Origin: an uncultured Methanoregulaceae archaeon
GTDB lineage: Archaea; Halobacteriota; Methanomicrobia; Methanomicrobiales; Methanospirillaceae
DNA: 64,000 bases
Direction: 5' to 3'
Assembly (NCBI GenBank): GCA_963841015.1
Contig: CAWJAX010000005.1
Location: 192,001 to 256,000, forward strand
Position numbers and translations under genes: made by a program. Positions within the stretch are counted from its first letter, which is position 1; each line of letters opens with the position of its first letter. Of this stretch, positions 10,494-22,400 are shown piece after piece. The notes under the pieces were generated by a model. The model was not told where the DNA came from. It made no database searches and saw nothing but the letters and a program-made list of their open reading frames with translations.

Positions 10494-11486
10494 TTATGTA
10501 ATTTCGATATCCCTCAACCAGGCTCCAGGTTCCTCGGTAATTTCACCGACGATTTTTGCACCTTTGACAGCATTCTGTATACCGGCGACACTATCATTTG
10601 GTACTATGTAGGCGTATCCCATTCCCATGTTGAATGTACGGTACATTTCAACCGTTGAAATATCACCGGTTTTCTGGATCCATGAAAAGATTTCCGGAGG
10701 TATAATCGGTGTATTGACCACAAAACCAAACGGACAGAGCCGCTTGAAATTAAGCAGCCCTCCACCGGTGATGTGGCACATACCATGCACAGTGCAGGTT
10801 GAGGCAACCTGCAGACTTTCATGGTAGATTCGTGTGGGTGTGAGAAGTTCCTCACCAAGTGTCCGGCCATTCTTCAGTCTTTCATCGTAATTTGTGTATT
10901 TTTCCACAACCGCTCTGGCAAGCGACAGGCCGTTGCTGTGGACCCCGGATGAGGGTACTCCGATGATTTTGTCACCCGGCTGTATTGCACTGCCAGTGAT
11001 GATTTTATCCTTTTTTTGCATCCCCAGACAGGTACCTGCAAGGTCAAGACCATTGACAAGCCCACGCAGAGATGCCGTCTCACCGCCGACAATATCGATA
11101 TTTGCCTGTCGGGCGCCTTCGTTTAACCCGATTCCTATCTGCGCCATCTTCTCAACTGAAAGCTTATCGGTTGCGATGTAGTCTACAAAAGCAACAGGTT
11201 CCATATTCATGACATAAAGGTCATTGACGTTCATTGCAATGCAGTCTATTCCAACGGTGCTCCAGTCCTGCATATGATCGGCAACCAGCATCTTTGTACC
11301 GACACCATCCGTGGTCAGTGCAAGTGCCAGCTCACCGAAATCAATGAGTCCGGCAAAATGCCCTACCTTGCCAACCATCGTACAGCTGCCTTTCCGTTTG
11401 TAGGTGAGGTTTTTAATAAGGGCATTGATTGCCGTTGCCTCGAGATCAATATCAACTCCGGCCTCACGGTACGAGATACTACTCAT
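10494..11486 (-). CDS. purM: Phosphoribosylaminoimidazole (AIR) synthetase
   Basis: YREAGVDI, TDGVGTK, GGETA, SSGVHSNG, HITGGG, TFNMGMG. Confidence 0.96.
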   Translation of the reverse strand: MSSISYREAGVDIDLEATAINALIKNLTYKRKGSCTMVGKVGHFAGLIDFGELALALTTDGVGTKMLVADHMQDWSTVGIDCIAMNVNDLYVMNMEPVAFVDYIATDKLSVEKMAQIGIGLNEGARQANIDIVGGETASLRGLVNGLDLAGTCLGMQKKDKIITGSAIQPGDKIIGVPSSGVHSNGLSLARAVVEKYTNYDERLKNGRTLGEELLTPTRIYHESLQVASTCTVHGMCHITGGGLLNFKRLCPFGFVVNTPIIPPEIFSWIQKTGDISTVEMYRTFNMGMGYAYIVPNDSVAGIQNAVKGAKIVGEITEEPGAWLRDIEIT

Positions 11487-12879
11487 CAGACTCCTCCGAT
11501 AACCTGAACTCATCGTGAAGAACGCGTACCGCCCTGGGGCCGTCCTGCTGATTCACCACAAATGAGATGTTCGCTTCAGAGGACCCCTGCGAGATCATCA
11601 TGACATTCACACCTGTTTTTCCCAGAGCTGTGAAGATCCTTCCCCCGGTGCCTGGTGCTCCAGCCATACCGGCACCGACAACAGCAACTGCGCATACATC
11701 AGGGTTGTGCGTAACTTCACGCACGATCCCCTGCTTCACCAGATCGGCAAGAGCATGAACTGCGGCATTGAGGTGCGCTTCATCAACAATAAGCGATATG
11801 TTCGCTTCAGAGGATCCCTGCGAGATCATCATGACGTTCACTTCATGATCCGCAAGGATGGTGAAAATTGCCTTTGCTACCCCCGGCCTCCCGATCATCT
11901 GCGCACCATTGATATTTATCGCAGCTACTTTATCGATATAGGTCAGGGCTTTTACCACGCGGTTGTCCCGTTGCCCGTTCCGAATAATCACGGTGCCGGG
12001 ATGAGATGTATTGAAGGTGTTTTTTACCCGGACAAGGATATTCTTCCGCATTGCGGGTTCAATGGAACGCGGGTGCATCACTTTCGCACCGAAGTAGGAG
12101 AGCTCCATCACCTCGATATAGGACAGGGATGGCATAACCCGTGCATCATTGATCACCCTTGGATCGCAGGTCATGATACCATCCACATCCGTCCAGATCC
12201 AAATCTCGTCAGCATCGATACCTGCACCGATGATCGATGCAGAGTAATCAGAGCCGCTCCTGCCAAGGGTAGTCACTATCCCGTTTCTGGTGCAGCCCAT
12301 GAATCCCATGATCACGGGAATTTCCGTTTCCAGCAGAGGACCTATCCGTTTTTTAATCCGTTCATCGCTTTCCAGAAGTGCGGTGGATTCACCATGTTGA
12401 AGGGATGTGAGGATGCCGGCATCGCATCCATCCAGTACCGTTGAGCGGATGCCACGCTGACGGAGAGCTGCCCCAAGGATCGGGGCAAGCAACCGCTCCC
12501 CGAATGAGATGACATAATCCCTTGAGCGGGGAGTGAGTTCCCGCAGATTATAAACCGCAAAGAGAATATTCTGGAGACTGATGAGCCGTTCCTCGATGAC
12601 AGAGCCGGTTTCAGCAAGATAGTCAGGTGCAGCTCCTTCGAGTGTGGACATGTGCCTTTTTCCCAGTGCCTGAATGAGTGGTGCTATTGCAGTATCATCC
12701 TTCGCTGTCGGGAGTTTGCTGGTAATTTCGATCAGCTGGTCGGTCACACCGCGCTGTGCGGATACAACAACTGCCAGTTCGTCTCCGGCGTTGTGATGTT
12801 TTTCCAAAATATCCACGACGCGTCTGATACATTGTCCATCGGCAACTGAAGTCCCACCGAATTTCATTAATAATCTCAT
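11479..12879 (-). CDS. lysC: Aspartate kinase with C-terminal ACT domains
   Basis: MKFGGTSV, TTLGRSGSDYSA, WTDVDGIMT, two ACT repeats NVMMISQGSSEANIS. Confidence 0.95.
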   Translation of the reverse strand: MRLLMKFGGTSVADGQCIRRVVDILEKHHNAGDELAVVVSAQRGVTDQLIEITSKLPTAKDDTAIAPLIQALGKRHMSTLEGAAPDYLAETGSVIEERLISLQNILFAVYNLRELTPRSRDYVISFGERLLAPILGAALRQRGIRSTVLDGCDAGILTSLQHGESTALLESDERIKKRIGPLLETEIPVIMGFMGCTRNGIVTTLGRSGSDYSASIIGAGIDADEIWIWTDVDGIMTCDPRVINDARVMPSLSYIEVMELSYFGAKVMHPRSIEPAMRKNILVRVKNTFNTSHPGTVIIRNGQRDNRVVKALTYIDKVAAININGAQMIGRPGVAKAIFTILADHEVNVMMISQGSSEANISLIVDEAHLNAAVHALADLVKQGIVREVTHNPDVCAVAVVGAGMAGAPGTGGRIFTALGKTGVNVMMISQGSSEANISFVVNQQDGPRAVRVLHDEFRLSEESDE

Positions 12880-12939
12880 TTCGCTCTCACTTTGGCTATG
12901 CCATTTATTATGTAACTATACGATCCACAAAATAATAAG

Positions 12940-14569
12940 ATGCTTGCAGGGGAGGTTATTGATTGCCATGTCCTGGTGATCGGGAGCGGGGGCGCGGGTG
13001 TTAGAGCCGCCATTGAGGCATCAAAATATGGCGACACGGTGCTCATTTCAAAGACCATCGTCGGTAAAGGAGGCTGTACCACGATGGCGGAAGGAGGCTA
13101 TAATGCAGTCCTCCGCGAGCAGGATTCCTGCGGGATTCATTTTGAGGATACCCTCAAAGGAGGTGCGTACCTCAACAATCCCGAGCTGGTACATATTCTC
13201 GTAAAGGAAGCTCCGTTGCGGATGGGCGATCTCATAAAGTGGGGAGCGGTGTTTGATTTCACCGATACTGATGAAATCGCCCAGCGACCCTTCGGAGGTC
13301 AGCGGTTCCCGCGAACCTGTTATGCCGGTGACAGGACCGGCCATGAGATGATGACCACATTAGTCGAGCGGCTGGATTCATCGAATGTTACCCTTCTGCA
13401 GGAGTTCACGGTTATCGACCTGCTTAAAACCGGGGAAGCGGTCATCGGTGCAATGGCACTGGACGAAAAAGGCAATCTCGTCTTACTGAAGGCGGACAGT
13501 ACAATCCTTGCAACCGGTGGCGGGACAAAAGTATATGATATCTCAACAAATTCATGGGGAGGTACCGGGGACGGTTTTGCCATTGGATACCGGGCCGGTG
13601 CCGAACTGATCGATATGGAGATGGTCCAGTTTCACCCGACCGGGGCGGTGTTCCCCTACGATGCACGGGGGAGGCTCGTGACCGAAGCAGTACGTGGTGA
13701 AGGAGGTCTCCTGCTCAATAACCTCGGTGAGCGGTTCATGAAACAGTACGATCCCGAACGGATGGAGCTGTCAACCCGGGATGTTGTAGCACGTGCGATC
13801 GCGACGGAAATAAATGAAGGGCGAGGGACAAAAAATGGCGGAGTATATCTTGATGTTACCCATCTTCCCCGCGAGCAGATAGAGACCCGGCTCCCGGTCA
13901 TGCTCGAACAATTCCTGAAATTCGGCGTTGATATCAGGGAAAAACCTATGGAGATCGCTCCCACAGCTCACCATATGATGGGCGGTCTTCGGATAACACC
14001 GGAATGCCGGACAACACTTCCCGGATTATTTGCCTGCGGTGAAGTCGCCGGGGGGGTCCACGGGGCAAACCGTCTTGGAGGAAATGCCCTGGCTGATACT
14101 CAGGTATTCGGGAAACGGGCGGGGGAATTTGCAGGTAAAACCGAAAAACGCATAATAAAAGTGAGTGAAGAACAGGTAAGACAGCAGCAGGATCTTCTTG
14201 ATGCATTCCTTGCAGGGAGTGATAATCCGGCAAGGATTCGAACGCAGCTCCAGCAGGTAATGTGGCAGGGCGCGGGGATCTTCCGGAACGCAACAGATCT
14301 CAATAAGACACTGGAGACGGTCAACAACCTCTCTCATGCGAAAATCCGGGCTGAATCTCTCAGAAACCTTGCAGATTGCAGCATCGTCCAGAATATGTGC
14401 CTGACAGACTTCTCTTATCTGCCAGGGGGCGCTCATCAGGAAAGAGTCACGGGGGGCACATGTCCGGAGCGATGTTAATCAGTCCCATGATGCCCGACAC
14501 TCTCCCTTTGGTCATACATACATCTCGCAATTTCACGAAGGTATCGAACAGAACGGGGTGGGGATATGA
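12940..14569 (+). CDS. tfrA: Thiol:fumarate reductase flavoprotein subunit A, +1 frameshift near 14408
   Basis: GSGGAG, QFHPTG, TEAVRGEGG, HHMMGG, HGANRLGGN; removing one base restores RKESRGAH and a stop overlapping the tfrB ATG (ATGA). Confidence 0.92.
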
Positions 14570-16035
14570 AGACACTTACCGTAAGAGTAAGCCGTTTTGA
14601 CCCTGATAAGGACAAGGAGTCACATTTCGAGACCTATACGGTGAATGTCAATGAGGGTGCACGTATACTTCATGTTCTCCATGCCATACACGATGTGTTG
14701 GATTCAACACTCTCTTACCGGCATAGTTGTGGGTCGGGACAATGCGGGAGCTGTGCAGTACGTGTTAATGGTGAGCCGGTACTTGCCTGCATGGAAGAGG
14801 CTCAAAATAATATCACCATCGAGCCCCTGAACCTTTCGGTGAAAAAGGATCTCGTTGTTGATCTCCTGCCAACACTTGAAACGATAGCGTCCCTGAAACC
14901 GTCAGATGCACTGAAAATGCCGACTCAGTCCGATATTAATACGATAAAACCTCTTCGGGATTGTATCGAGTGCCTCTGCTGTGTATCGGTCTGCCCGGCA
15001 ATGGATGTTACGAAGTTTCTTGGACCCACGGCCATGCGGCAGGAAATGCGGCTGGCGCTCGATCCTCGTGACAGCGGGGATCGGGTGACTGATGCTGTGA
15101 AGGAGGGGCTGTTTACCTGCACCAGCTGCCAGGCCTGCTGGAAGGCATGCCCAAAAGAGATTGAGATTCCATCAAAAGCAATCGAAAAACTACGGGCGCT
15201 GGCAAACAGGCGTGGATTTACCCTGCCACGGCACCAGGAAGTTGCAGCTCTTGTGAAAGAGACAGGCCGTTCTGTTACACGGATCGAACCGACATTTATG
15301 GAACTCGTAAATGCGGAAGTGATCGAGCCGAAAGGTCCTGTGAAAGCAACGGTCGGTTTCTTTGTCGGTTGTATGTACAACATGCGCCTGCCCAAAGCAG
15401 CACTGGATGCAATCGAAGTTTTGAAACGAAACGGTATCCGGGTCATCATTCCCAAAGAACAGGTCTGCTGCGGTTCGCCGCTCATCCGTACTGGCCAGCT
15501 GGCCTTCCTGGATACCCTCAAGAAACGCAACATCGATGCGTTCCGGTTCCGTAACATACATACAGTCATGACCATGTGCGCCGGTTGCGGGTCCACTCTG
15601 AAAAATGATTACAAAACACCCTTTGTCGTGATGGATATCAATGAAGTGCTCACAAAATACGGGATTGAACCTCCGGCACGCCTTCCTGTCAAGGCCACCT
15701 ATCACGATCCCTGTCACCTCCTTCGCGGGCAGGGTATTCGCGAACAACCCCGTCAGCTGATCCGGCAGGTGGTGGATCTTATCGATATGCCTTCCATCTG
15801 TTGTGGTTCCGGAGGGGGGGTGAAATCCGGAATGCCGGATGAAGCGGCAGCGCTGGGTAAACGAAGGGGGGAGGAGATAAAAAAGAGCGGGGCTGATGTG
15901 GTGATATCATCCTGCCCGTTTTGTGAATTCCATATCTCCGGGCATACGGACAAACCCGTCAAAAATATCGCCACGGTGCTGCTCGAAGGGTATAAAGAAA
16001 AAGACCGGAAAAAGGGTATTCTGACAATACCCTGA
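14566..16035 (+). CDS. tfrB: Thiol:fumarate reductase subunit B (2Fe-2S, 4Fe-4S, two CCG domains)
   Basis: CGSGQCGSC, CIECLCC, CTSCQAC, CCGSP, YHDPCHL, CCGSGGG; coupled to tfrA. Confidence 0.93.
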   Translation: MKTLTVRVSRFDPDKDKESHFETYTVNVNEGARILHVLHAIHDVLDSTLSYRHSCGSGQCGSCAVRVNGEPVLACMEEAQNNITIEPLNLSVKKDLVVDLLPTLETIASLKPSDALKMPTQSDINTIKPLRDCIECLCCVSVCPAMDVTKFLGPTAMRQEMRLALDPRDSGDRVTDAVKEGLFTCTSCQACWKACPKEIEIPSKAIEKLRALANRRGFTLPRHQEVAALVKETGRSVTRIEPTFMELVNAEVIEPKGPVKATVGFFVGCMYNMRLPKAALDAIEVLKRNGIRVIIPKEQVCCGSPLIRTGQLAFLDTLKKRNIDAFRFRNIHTVMTMCAGCGSTLKNDYKTPFVVMDINEVLTKYGIEPPARLPVKATYHDPCHLLRGQGIREQPRQLIRQVVDLIDMPSICCGSGGGVKSGMPDEAAALGKRRGEEIKKSGADVVISSCPFCEFHISGHTDKPVKNIATVLLEGYKEKDRKKGILTIP

Positions 16036-16119
16036 GAGAATCGAAAGGGCAACGAAGACTTTTTTCAATGCTTTTTTCCTTTTTTAAAAATGAAAAGCAC
16101 GAAATGATAAAGTTTTTTT

Positions 16120-17280
16120 TCACCTGGATGCAGACTTCAGCAAATACTCATGGGCTTCAAGCGCGGCCTTTGCCCCTTCTCCGGAAGCAATGATGATCTG
16201 CTTGCCTTTTATTGAAGTGACGTCCCCGGCTGCAAAAACACCTGCCATGCTTGTGTGGCAGTTTATGTCCACAATGATTTCCTTCTTCTCGTTCAGCGCG
16301 ACAAAGCCATCAAGAATGTCAGTATTGGGCAGCCAGCCGATCTCAATAAAAACCCCGTCGAGATCAATTTTCTGTTCTTCACCGGATTCATTCCTGATAG
16401 TTATTGCAGAGAGGAACTTATCTCCGTGAAGGGCAATTACCTGTGTGTTTAAATGAACGGCAATATTCTTTTTTGATTCGAGCATGCTGATATATACCGG
16501 ATCAGCCCTGATACTGCTCCTGACGATGAGATGTGCCGATTGTGCAATTTCGCTCATCTCAACAGCAGTCTGCAGCGCGGAATTGCCGCCACCTACTACA
16601 GCCACCCGCTTTCCCTGATATAACGGCCCATCGCAGGTGGAACAGATGGAAAGACCCCGTCCGAGATACTGCTCTTCGTTTGCCACGCCAAGTTTTTTCG
16701 GACGATTACCCTGGGCTAAGATCAGGGTTTTTGCTTTTAACGTATTTTCTGAAATTGTCCGTAGAGTAAAAACGTCGTCTTCTTTTGAGATACTGACAAT
16801 CCGGTCGAGTTCAAGCCGCATATTCAGGGTACGGACCTGCTCTTCGAATTTTTTCATCAGCTCTTCGCCGCTAATCATACGGTAACCCATGTAATTTTCG
16901 ATTGTCCATGATGCCAGTGCCTGACCACCAATGTTTTCGCTGATAATTATCGTATTCAGCATTTTTCTGGCGCAGTATACACCTGCTGTTAATCCTGCAG
17001 GGCCGGCACCAACGATGAGAACATCATACACTTCACCGGATACGGTTTTTCCAAAGAGGTCGTTCAGCCTCTGCGAATCAAACCCGATGATTACTTCATC
17101 ATCAACCAGAATAACCGGAACGCCACGTTGTCCCGAAAGATCTATCATTTTTTTTGCTGCATCGGAATTTTCACCGACATCGATACTCTCATAAGGAACG
17201 CCATGTTTGTCGAGGAATACCTTTGCCATCCTGCAATAGGGACAGTTTTTTGTAGAATAGACGGTGACTTTTCTCATCAT
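16120..17280 (-). CDS. Glutaredoxin/NrdH-thioredoxin reductase (AhpF-like) fusion
   Basis: N-terminal CPYC and GVPV; then GAGPAG, CSTCDG, GGGNSA, FAAGDVT. Confidence 0.9.
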   Translation of the reverse strand: MMRKVTVYSTKNCPYCRMAKVFLDKHGVPYESIDVGENSDAAKKMIDLSGQRGVPVILVDDEVIIGFDSQRLNDLFGKTVSGEVYDVLIVGAGPAGLTAGVYCARKMLNTIIISENIGGQALASWTIENYMGYRMISGEELMKKFEEQVRTLNMRLELDRIVSISKEDDVFTLRTISENTLKAKTLILAQGNRPKKLGVANEEQYLGRGLSICSTCDGPLYQGKRVAVVGGGNSALQTAVEMSEIAQSAHLIVRSSIRADPVYISMLESKKNIAVHLNTQVIALHGDKFLSAITIRNESGEEQKIDLDGVFIEIGWLPNTDILDGFVALNEKKEIIVDINCHTSMAGVFAAGDVTSIKGKQIIIASGEGAKAALEAHEYLLKSASR

Positions 17281-17392
17281 TTCGAAGATGGTGCGTTCTC
17301 TTATAAATATATTGATAAGCGAAAAAGAAATTTTTCAATAGCATAGCAACTTTCTTTTTGGACAAGCCCCAATACACCATTGAAAGGATACC

Positions 17393-18727
17393 ATGAGCGT
17401 ACTGCCGGGAACAGGGAGACTGAAAAAATACACTCTTTTTTGTCTTATTCTTCTCTGCATCATAAGCGGGGCATATGCCTACACAGACAACTCTTACCCA
17501 GTTTCCGATCCGGGATTGTATTTCAACTTCAATGAGGGTAGCGGGGATTATGCACTCGATGTATCCGGTAATGGCAACGCGGGAACCATGCATGGGATAT
17601 CAAGGCTTGAAAACGGGGGTTGCGGGCGGGCTGTATTTTTTAACGGAATTAACGATTACGTTGAAATACCTTTCAGCTCCAAGAATCACCCCGCAAAGGA
17701 AATAACTGTTTCATTGTTGTTTTACACGGACTCGTTCGAACCACAGGTTTTAATCTCGTCGTACGAGGACGGGGGATACAGGTTGGGATTTGATGATGGC
17801 AACGATCTCTGGTGGACTATAAATCTCGAACGCCGCGGGGAAGTGTCAATTCCGGTTCAGCATGAAGGTATCTCGCTTCACCAGTGGCATCAGGTTACCG
17901 GAACGTATGACGGGGAGACTTTGAAAGTGTATCTCGATGGTGTGCTCAGAAACCAGTTGAATGCACCGGGTTCGATCCACTATGAATACAACAATTATAT
18001 CATGCTCGGGGCCGATGCAGGGGTCTACAACCTGACAGATCTGAATTGCCCGCAGTATTTCCGGGGGGGACTCGATGAAGTAAGGATATATCCCGTTGCG
18101 TTAACCTATGGCCAGGTAATGGATGACAGGTTCAGTTGTTCCCAGGAACCGTTCGCTCCTTCCAGGGATTTTGTAGTTCAGATGCAACCTTCTTCTTCCT
18201 GTTCAGTTGCATCAGGTTCTGTCCTATTAGGTCAAAATGAAGTAACTTCCCGGACCCTTTCTTTCTCAAACCAGACTGAGAACGGCACATGGAATGTTGC
18301 GCTGCCACCAGGTTCAACACTTGTTGTGAGGGGAGAAGATTTCTACTCGGTTTCGTACCCTGACGCATGGTATATTGAATTGTCTGATGAAAACGGGAGA
18401 ATAACACGATCCATAGAATTCCCAAACACCAACAATGCCCCAATAAAAGGTGTTGTACCATCAGGGAACGCAACAGTGCGCATAAAATATTTCGACGGGA
18501 AAGAAAGGTTTCCCGCGAAGGTTGCCATCCGGTTTGAGAGTATAGCACCCCCGCCCCTGTCACCAGCCCCGCAGACCATCCTGAATTATCCTATAATTGT
18601 TATATACACTGCATCCTGGGCGACTCTGATTGCAATCATCCTTGTCATGGTGTGGCTGCACCGTCGCAAACAAAGAGGGGGTAAAGAGAAAGATAATGAA
18701 AACAGAAACGGTGGGGAAAAATTATAG
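17393..18727 (+). CDS. Membrane-anchored LamG/concanavalin-like surface protein
   Basis: Signal peptide, FNEGSG..D.SGNGN, WHQVTGTYDG..LKVYLDG, LDEVRIY, C-terminal TM with basic tail. Confidence 0.88.
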   Translation: MSVLPGTGRLKKYTLFCLILLCIISGAYAYTDNSYPVSDPGLYFNFNEGSGDYALDVSGNGNAGTMHGISRLENGGCGRAVFFNGINDYVEIPFSSKNHPAKEITVSLLFYTDSFEPQVLISSYEDGGYRLGFDDGNDLWWTINLERRGEVSIPVQHEGISLHQWHQVTGTYDGETLKVYLDGVLRNQLNAPGSIHYEYNNYIMLGADAGVYNLTDLNCPQYFRGGLDEVRIYPVALTYGQVMDDRFSCSQEPFAPSRDFVVQMQPSSSCSVASGSVLLGQNEVTSRTLSFSNQTENGTWNVALPPGSTLVVRGEDFYSVSYPDAWYIELSDENGRITRSIEFPNTNNAPIKGVVPSGNATVRIKYFDGKERFPAKVAIRFESIAPPPLSPAPQTILNYPIIVIYTASWATLIAIILVMVWLHRRKQRGGKEKDNENRNGGEKL

Positions 18728-19225
18728 AGTTATTTCCCTGAACTGTTTCCCGAAAACACCGCATATCGGGCACTTATCGGGGACTTTCCCGATCTCGATA
18801 TTCCCGCAGACAGGACAGAGGAAAATTTTTTCCCGCCCGATATCTTTTCCGGATTTTACCGCATCGAGCGCTTTCTTGTAGAGGGTTGCATGAACCTGTT
18901 CAGCTTTCATGGCATGGGTGAAAGCAAGTACTGCATCGCTTTTACCTTCCGCCTCTGCCAGTCTGACAAATTCCGGGTACATTTGGGTGAACTCGTGTGT
19001 CTCACCCGTGATGCTGGTTTCAAGGTTTTTCTGCGTGGATTCGATAGCCGCCAGAACCTTTAAGAGTTTTTTTGCATGGATTGCCTCGGCTTCAGAGGCT
19101 GCCTTGTAGAGAGTTGCAACGTTGTTGAACCCTTCTGCAGCAGCTTTTTCAGAAAACGCCAGATATTTCCGGTTTGCCTGGGATTCTCCGGCAAACGCTT
19201 CTTTTACATTCTCAATGGTTGCCAT
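18722..19225 (-). CDS. rbr: Rubrerythrin
   Basis: AFAGESQANRKY, EAIHA, GETHE..MYP, EQVHA, CPVCG/CPICG. Confidence 0.95.
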   Translation of the reverse strand: MATIENVKEAFAGESQANRKYLAFSEKAAAEGFNNVATLYKAASEAEAIHAKKLLKVLAAIESTQKNLETSITGETHEFTQMYPEFVRLAEAEGKSDAVLAFTHAMKAEQVHATLYKKALDAVKSGKDIGREKIFLCPVCGNIEIGKVPDKCPICGVFGKQFREITL

Positions 19226-19374
19226 ACAGGAATGGTATTGCATAGTTTTTACTTAAAGATTCTTCATGGGGCAGAAATATACCATTTAATATTTAAATTG
19301 ACAGGAATACGTATTTTGTCTTGTTAAAATTCAAAATTTTCGTATTCAAACAAGAAATTAAGATTTTTTTAATT

Positions 19375-19390
19375 AGAAAAGTTTATATAT
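19375..19390 (+). promoter_or_regulatory. Putative BRE/TATA promoter of vWA protein gene
   Basis: Purine-rich AGAAAA followed by TTTATATA at 19382, about 35 nt before ATG 19425. Confidence 0.55.
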
Positions 19391-19424
19391 TTTTATTAAT
19401 AATATTTTTGACTGGTATCTGAAT

Positions 19425-22400
19425 ATGAGAGTAAAACCTGGCATTTTACTAATCATTGGTTTGCTGTTCCTGGCGGGAACCGTTACGGCAGTCGGGATTC
19501 CGGATACCCTGACTGTTACTACGGACAAAGCCTGGATCATAGCCAATAATGTGGATCAATCCACTATCATCGTAAAAGTAACGAATACAACCTCGGATCC
19601 TGGTCCTGTACCAGGGATAATCGTAAACCTTGAAGTTGATCCGTTATATGGAAACATCAGTCCCATACAAGTCACCACAAATATATCGGGAATGGCTTCA
19701 AGCACCTTCAAAGTGAGCACCAAGAGTGGTGCAGCACAAATAAATGCATCCATACCCGCGGGGGTTTCTGGTTCCACAATGCAGAATATTGATCATAACA
19801 GTGCCTATTTTGCAGATTTTACGCATCCGATCAATGGAACCGTTGCATCCGAAGTTCCATTTAATGTATCACTTACTGACCAATACCGGAATCCTGTGGA
19901 TAATCGAAGAGGCAACCATATAATAAAACTCCACGTTCATGGTCCTTTCCCGGATGACTGCGGTTTTGCTGAAGCCGGCTATGCACATGATATTTCCCCC
20001 ACGCTTGATGCAAACGGGAACACCACAGTAAATATCAAATTAACCTCTAAAATAGGTGACAACAACGTTGCGATGGACGCATATGAGAGTATCCCGAACC
20101 AACTCGAATGGATCTCTGCCGAGGCAATTGGCAAACCGTTTTCGATGACGCAGGTTATTTCACCTTCGGGATCTCCCCCGACGCTTCCCGCAGACGGGGT
20201 CAGTTATTTCACGATAATTTATAATTTGTTTGATGAATTCGGGAATCCAACGAACAAACAATTTATCTGGGTCAATACCTCCATCCCGGGGGAGGAACAA
20301 CAGTTCCTGTCAAACAATGTGGGTCAGGTAACGGTACAATATGGTCCGAGGTCTTCAATAGGTGAAATTGACATCATTGCAACATCAGTTGCAAATTCGA
20401 CACTTACCTTGACGCAAAGAGTAAAATTCAAGCACACGGGTGCGGAGATCATATCCCTTACCGCAAATCCTGATACTATGCCAAGTCAGGATGCCAATCC
20501 ACTATTTACATCAAATATTATCGCAACGGTTGCGGATATTTCGGGAAATGCAGTTCCCGGGGAAACGGTAGACTTTATTATAGAAAATATAACCTACGAT
20601 GCATCATATAACGTGACGGCAGATCCCAGTCTTTTAAGTTCAAGCGCTATCACCGACGTATATGGACGGGCCTTGGTCCAATTCAGACCCGGGAACTTTA
20701 CAGCAGTTGGCAACCCCGGTTACAATGCAACGGCAACCGGGCATTGTATGATGAATGCAACGTGGAAAAATTCAACAAAAAAAGTTCCCGTCACCTGGAA
20801 GAATTATCCTTATCTGAGTCTGTCAACATCGGTAAATCCCCATACTGTTGAGATAAACAAAACTATTGATGTTACCATTGAGTTCAGAGGTGACGGGTTC
20901 GCATTGCAGCCCACACCCATCGATGTGGTCATGGTCATAGACAAATCGGGCAGTATGGAGAACTATAATATAGGCGGCATTACCCGGATGCAGGCAGCGA
21001 AAAATGCAGCAAGTACGTTTGTCAACAAAATGAATGAAGGGACTGACCGTATCGGTGTTGTAACCTTTGATCGAGAAGACACAGTTATCACTGACGCTCC
21101 TTTGGGCGCCCCCTTCTTAACTATTACGAACACGATCAACGCGATTGATCCTAATAATGGAGGGACTGCAATGCGCCAGGGCTTCAAACAGGGTATCGAT
21201 CATATTAAGGCGAACGGCAGGCCGTCAGCAGTCCGGGCAGTTATTCTCATGACTGACGGGAACTGGAATTTAGGGGGAAGTCCCCTTGCTGTAGGAAGGG
21301 GCTATGATCTCAACACATGGGTCAGAGATAACCGGGATCGTGGCGTAGCCACCAAATATTATGGATTCTCCGGTTTGGCAACAGATTTTGAGGATCAGGA
21401 CTACCGCTGGTATTCTGGACTTGGGGGTAATCTATCTTCCAGTAGTGACACGGTCGTGAGGACACCTCGCAAGATTGATCCAGCAACAGGATTCGACGTG
21501 GCTTCTCGAACGACTGAATCGAGAAGCGGGGGATCCTACTATATTAATGGCCAGTTTACTCAGCAGAACATGTCGATCTACGCAAAGGACAATAATATAC
21601 GGTTGTACACCTTGTCGTTTGCCATGAACATCCCCGCAGACGAGCGTAATGCTCTTATTACTCTTGCAAATTCAACCGGGGGATTCTACCGGCATGCTCC
21701 CACCCAGGCCGATTTAGAAGCATTCTATACAGAAATCGCCGGAGACCTGAAAGATACCGCTGGTGTAAACGCCACCATGACGGCAGATTTCGATAAGATT
21801 AATGTCACGGGTTTTGAAATGGATGGAGACCAGGTATACGACTATGTATACCATCCAACGGAATCGACAAAGATCCGATGGCAGGATGGGATAACAAATG
21901 TGTCTGATCAATCCGCCGATTGGCTTGCAGATAGTAAACTGGACTTCAACATCGGAACAATAAAAGTAGGTCAATACTGGAATGCGACATTCCGGCTGAA
22001 GGTCAAACAGGGTGGCTTGATTGATGTATTCGGCAATCATTCAACGGTATCTTTCAATGGGGGGGCAGAGAACCTGTATCTTCCTCAAACATTCATCACA
22101 GTAATACCCAACCTTTCGGTCACGAATATTACCATGAAAACAATAACTCTCGACAATCTGATGTGTACCGAGACCGGGGAGATCAAGGCACTCTTTCCGG
22201 TACAATGGAACACAAACTATACAGGAAACAAGACCCTCACGGAAAAGGTCTATTACCGTATTGATAATAAGGGACCCTGGGTTCAATTCGACATAAAAAC
22301 ACACCCCTATGATCCACTTACCATGGAATATGTGAATTATGCACAACTCGATGTGACAAAACTCCCATGGGGAAACTACACGATTCAGGTACGTGCAACT

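Noticed and set aside
11560-11840. Repeated NVMMISQGSSEANIS sequence in aspartate kinase
   Set aside because: Normal tandem ACT domains.
14400-14420. Programmed frameshift or pseudogene in tfrA
   Set aside because: No slippery motif; the downstream frame is intact and coupled to tfrB; fits the window-wide pattern of single-base insertions.
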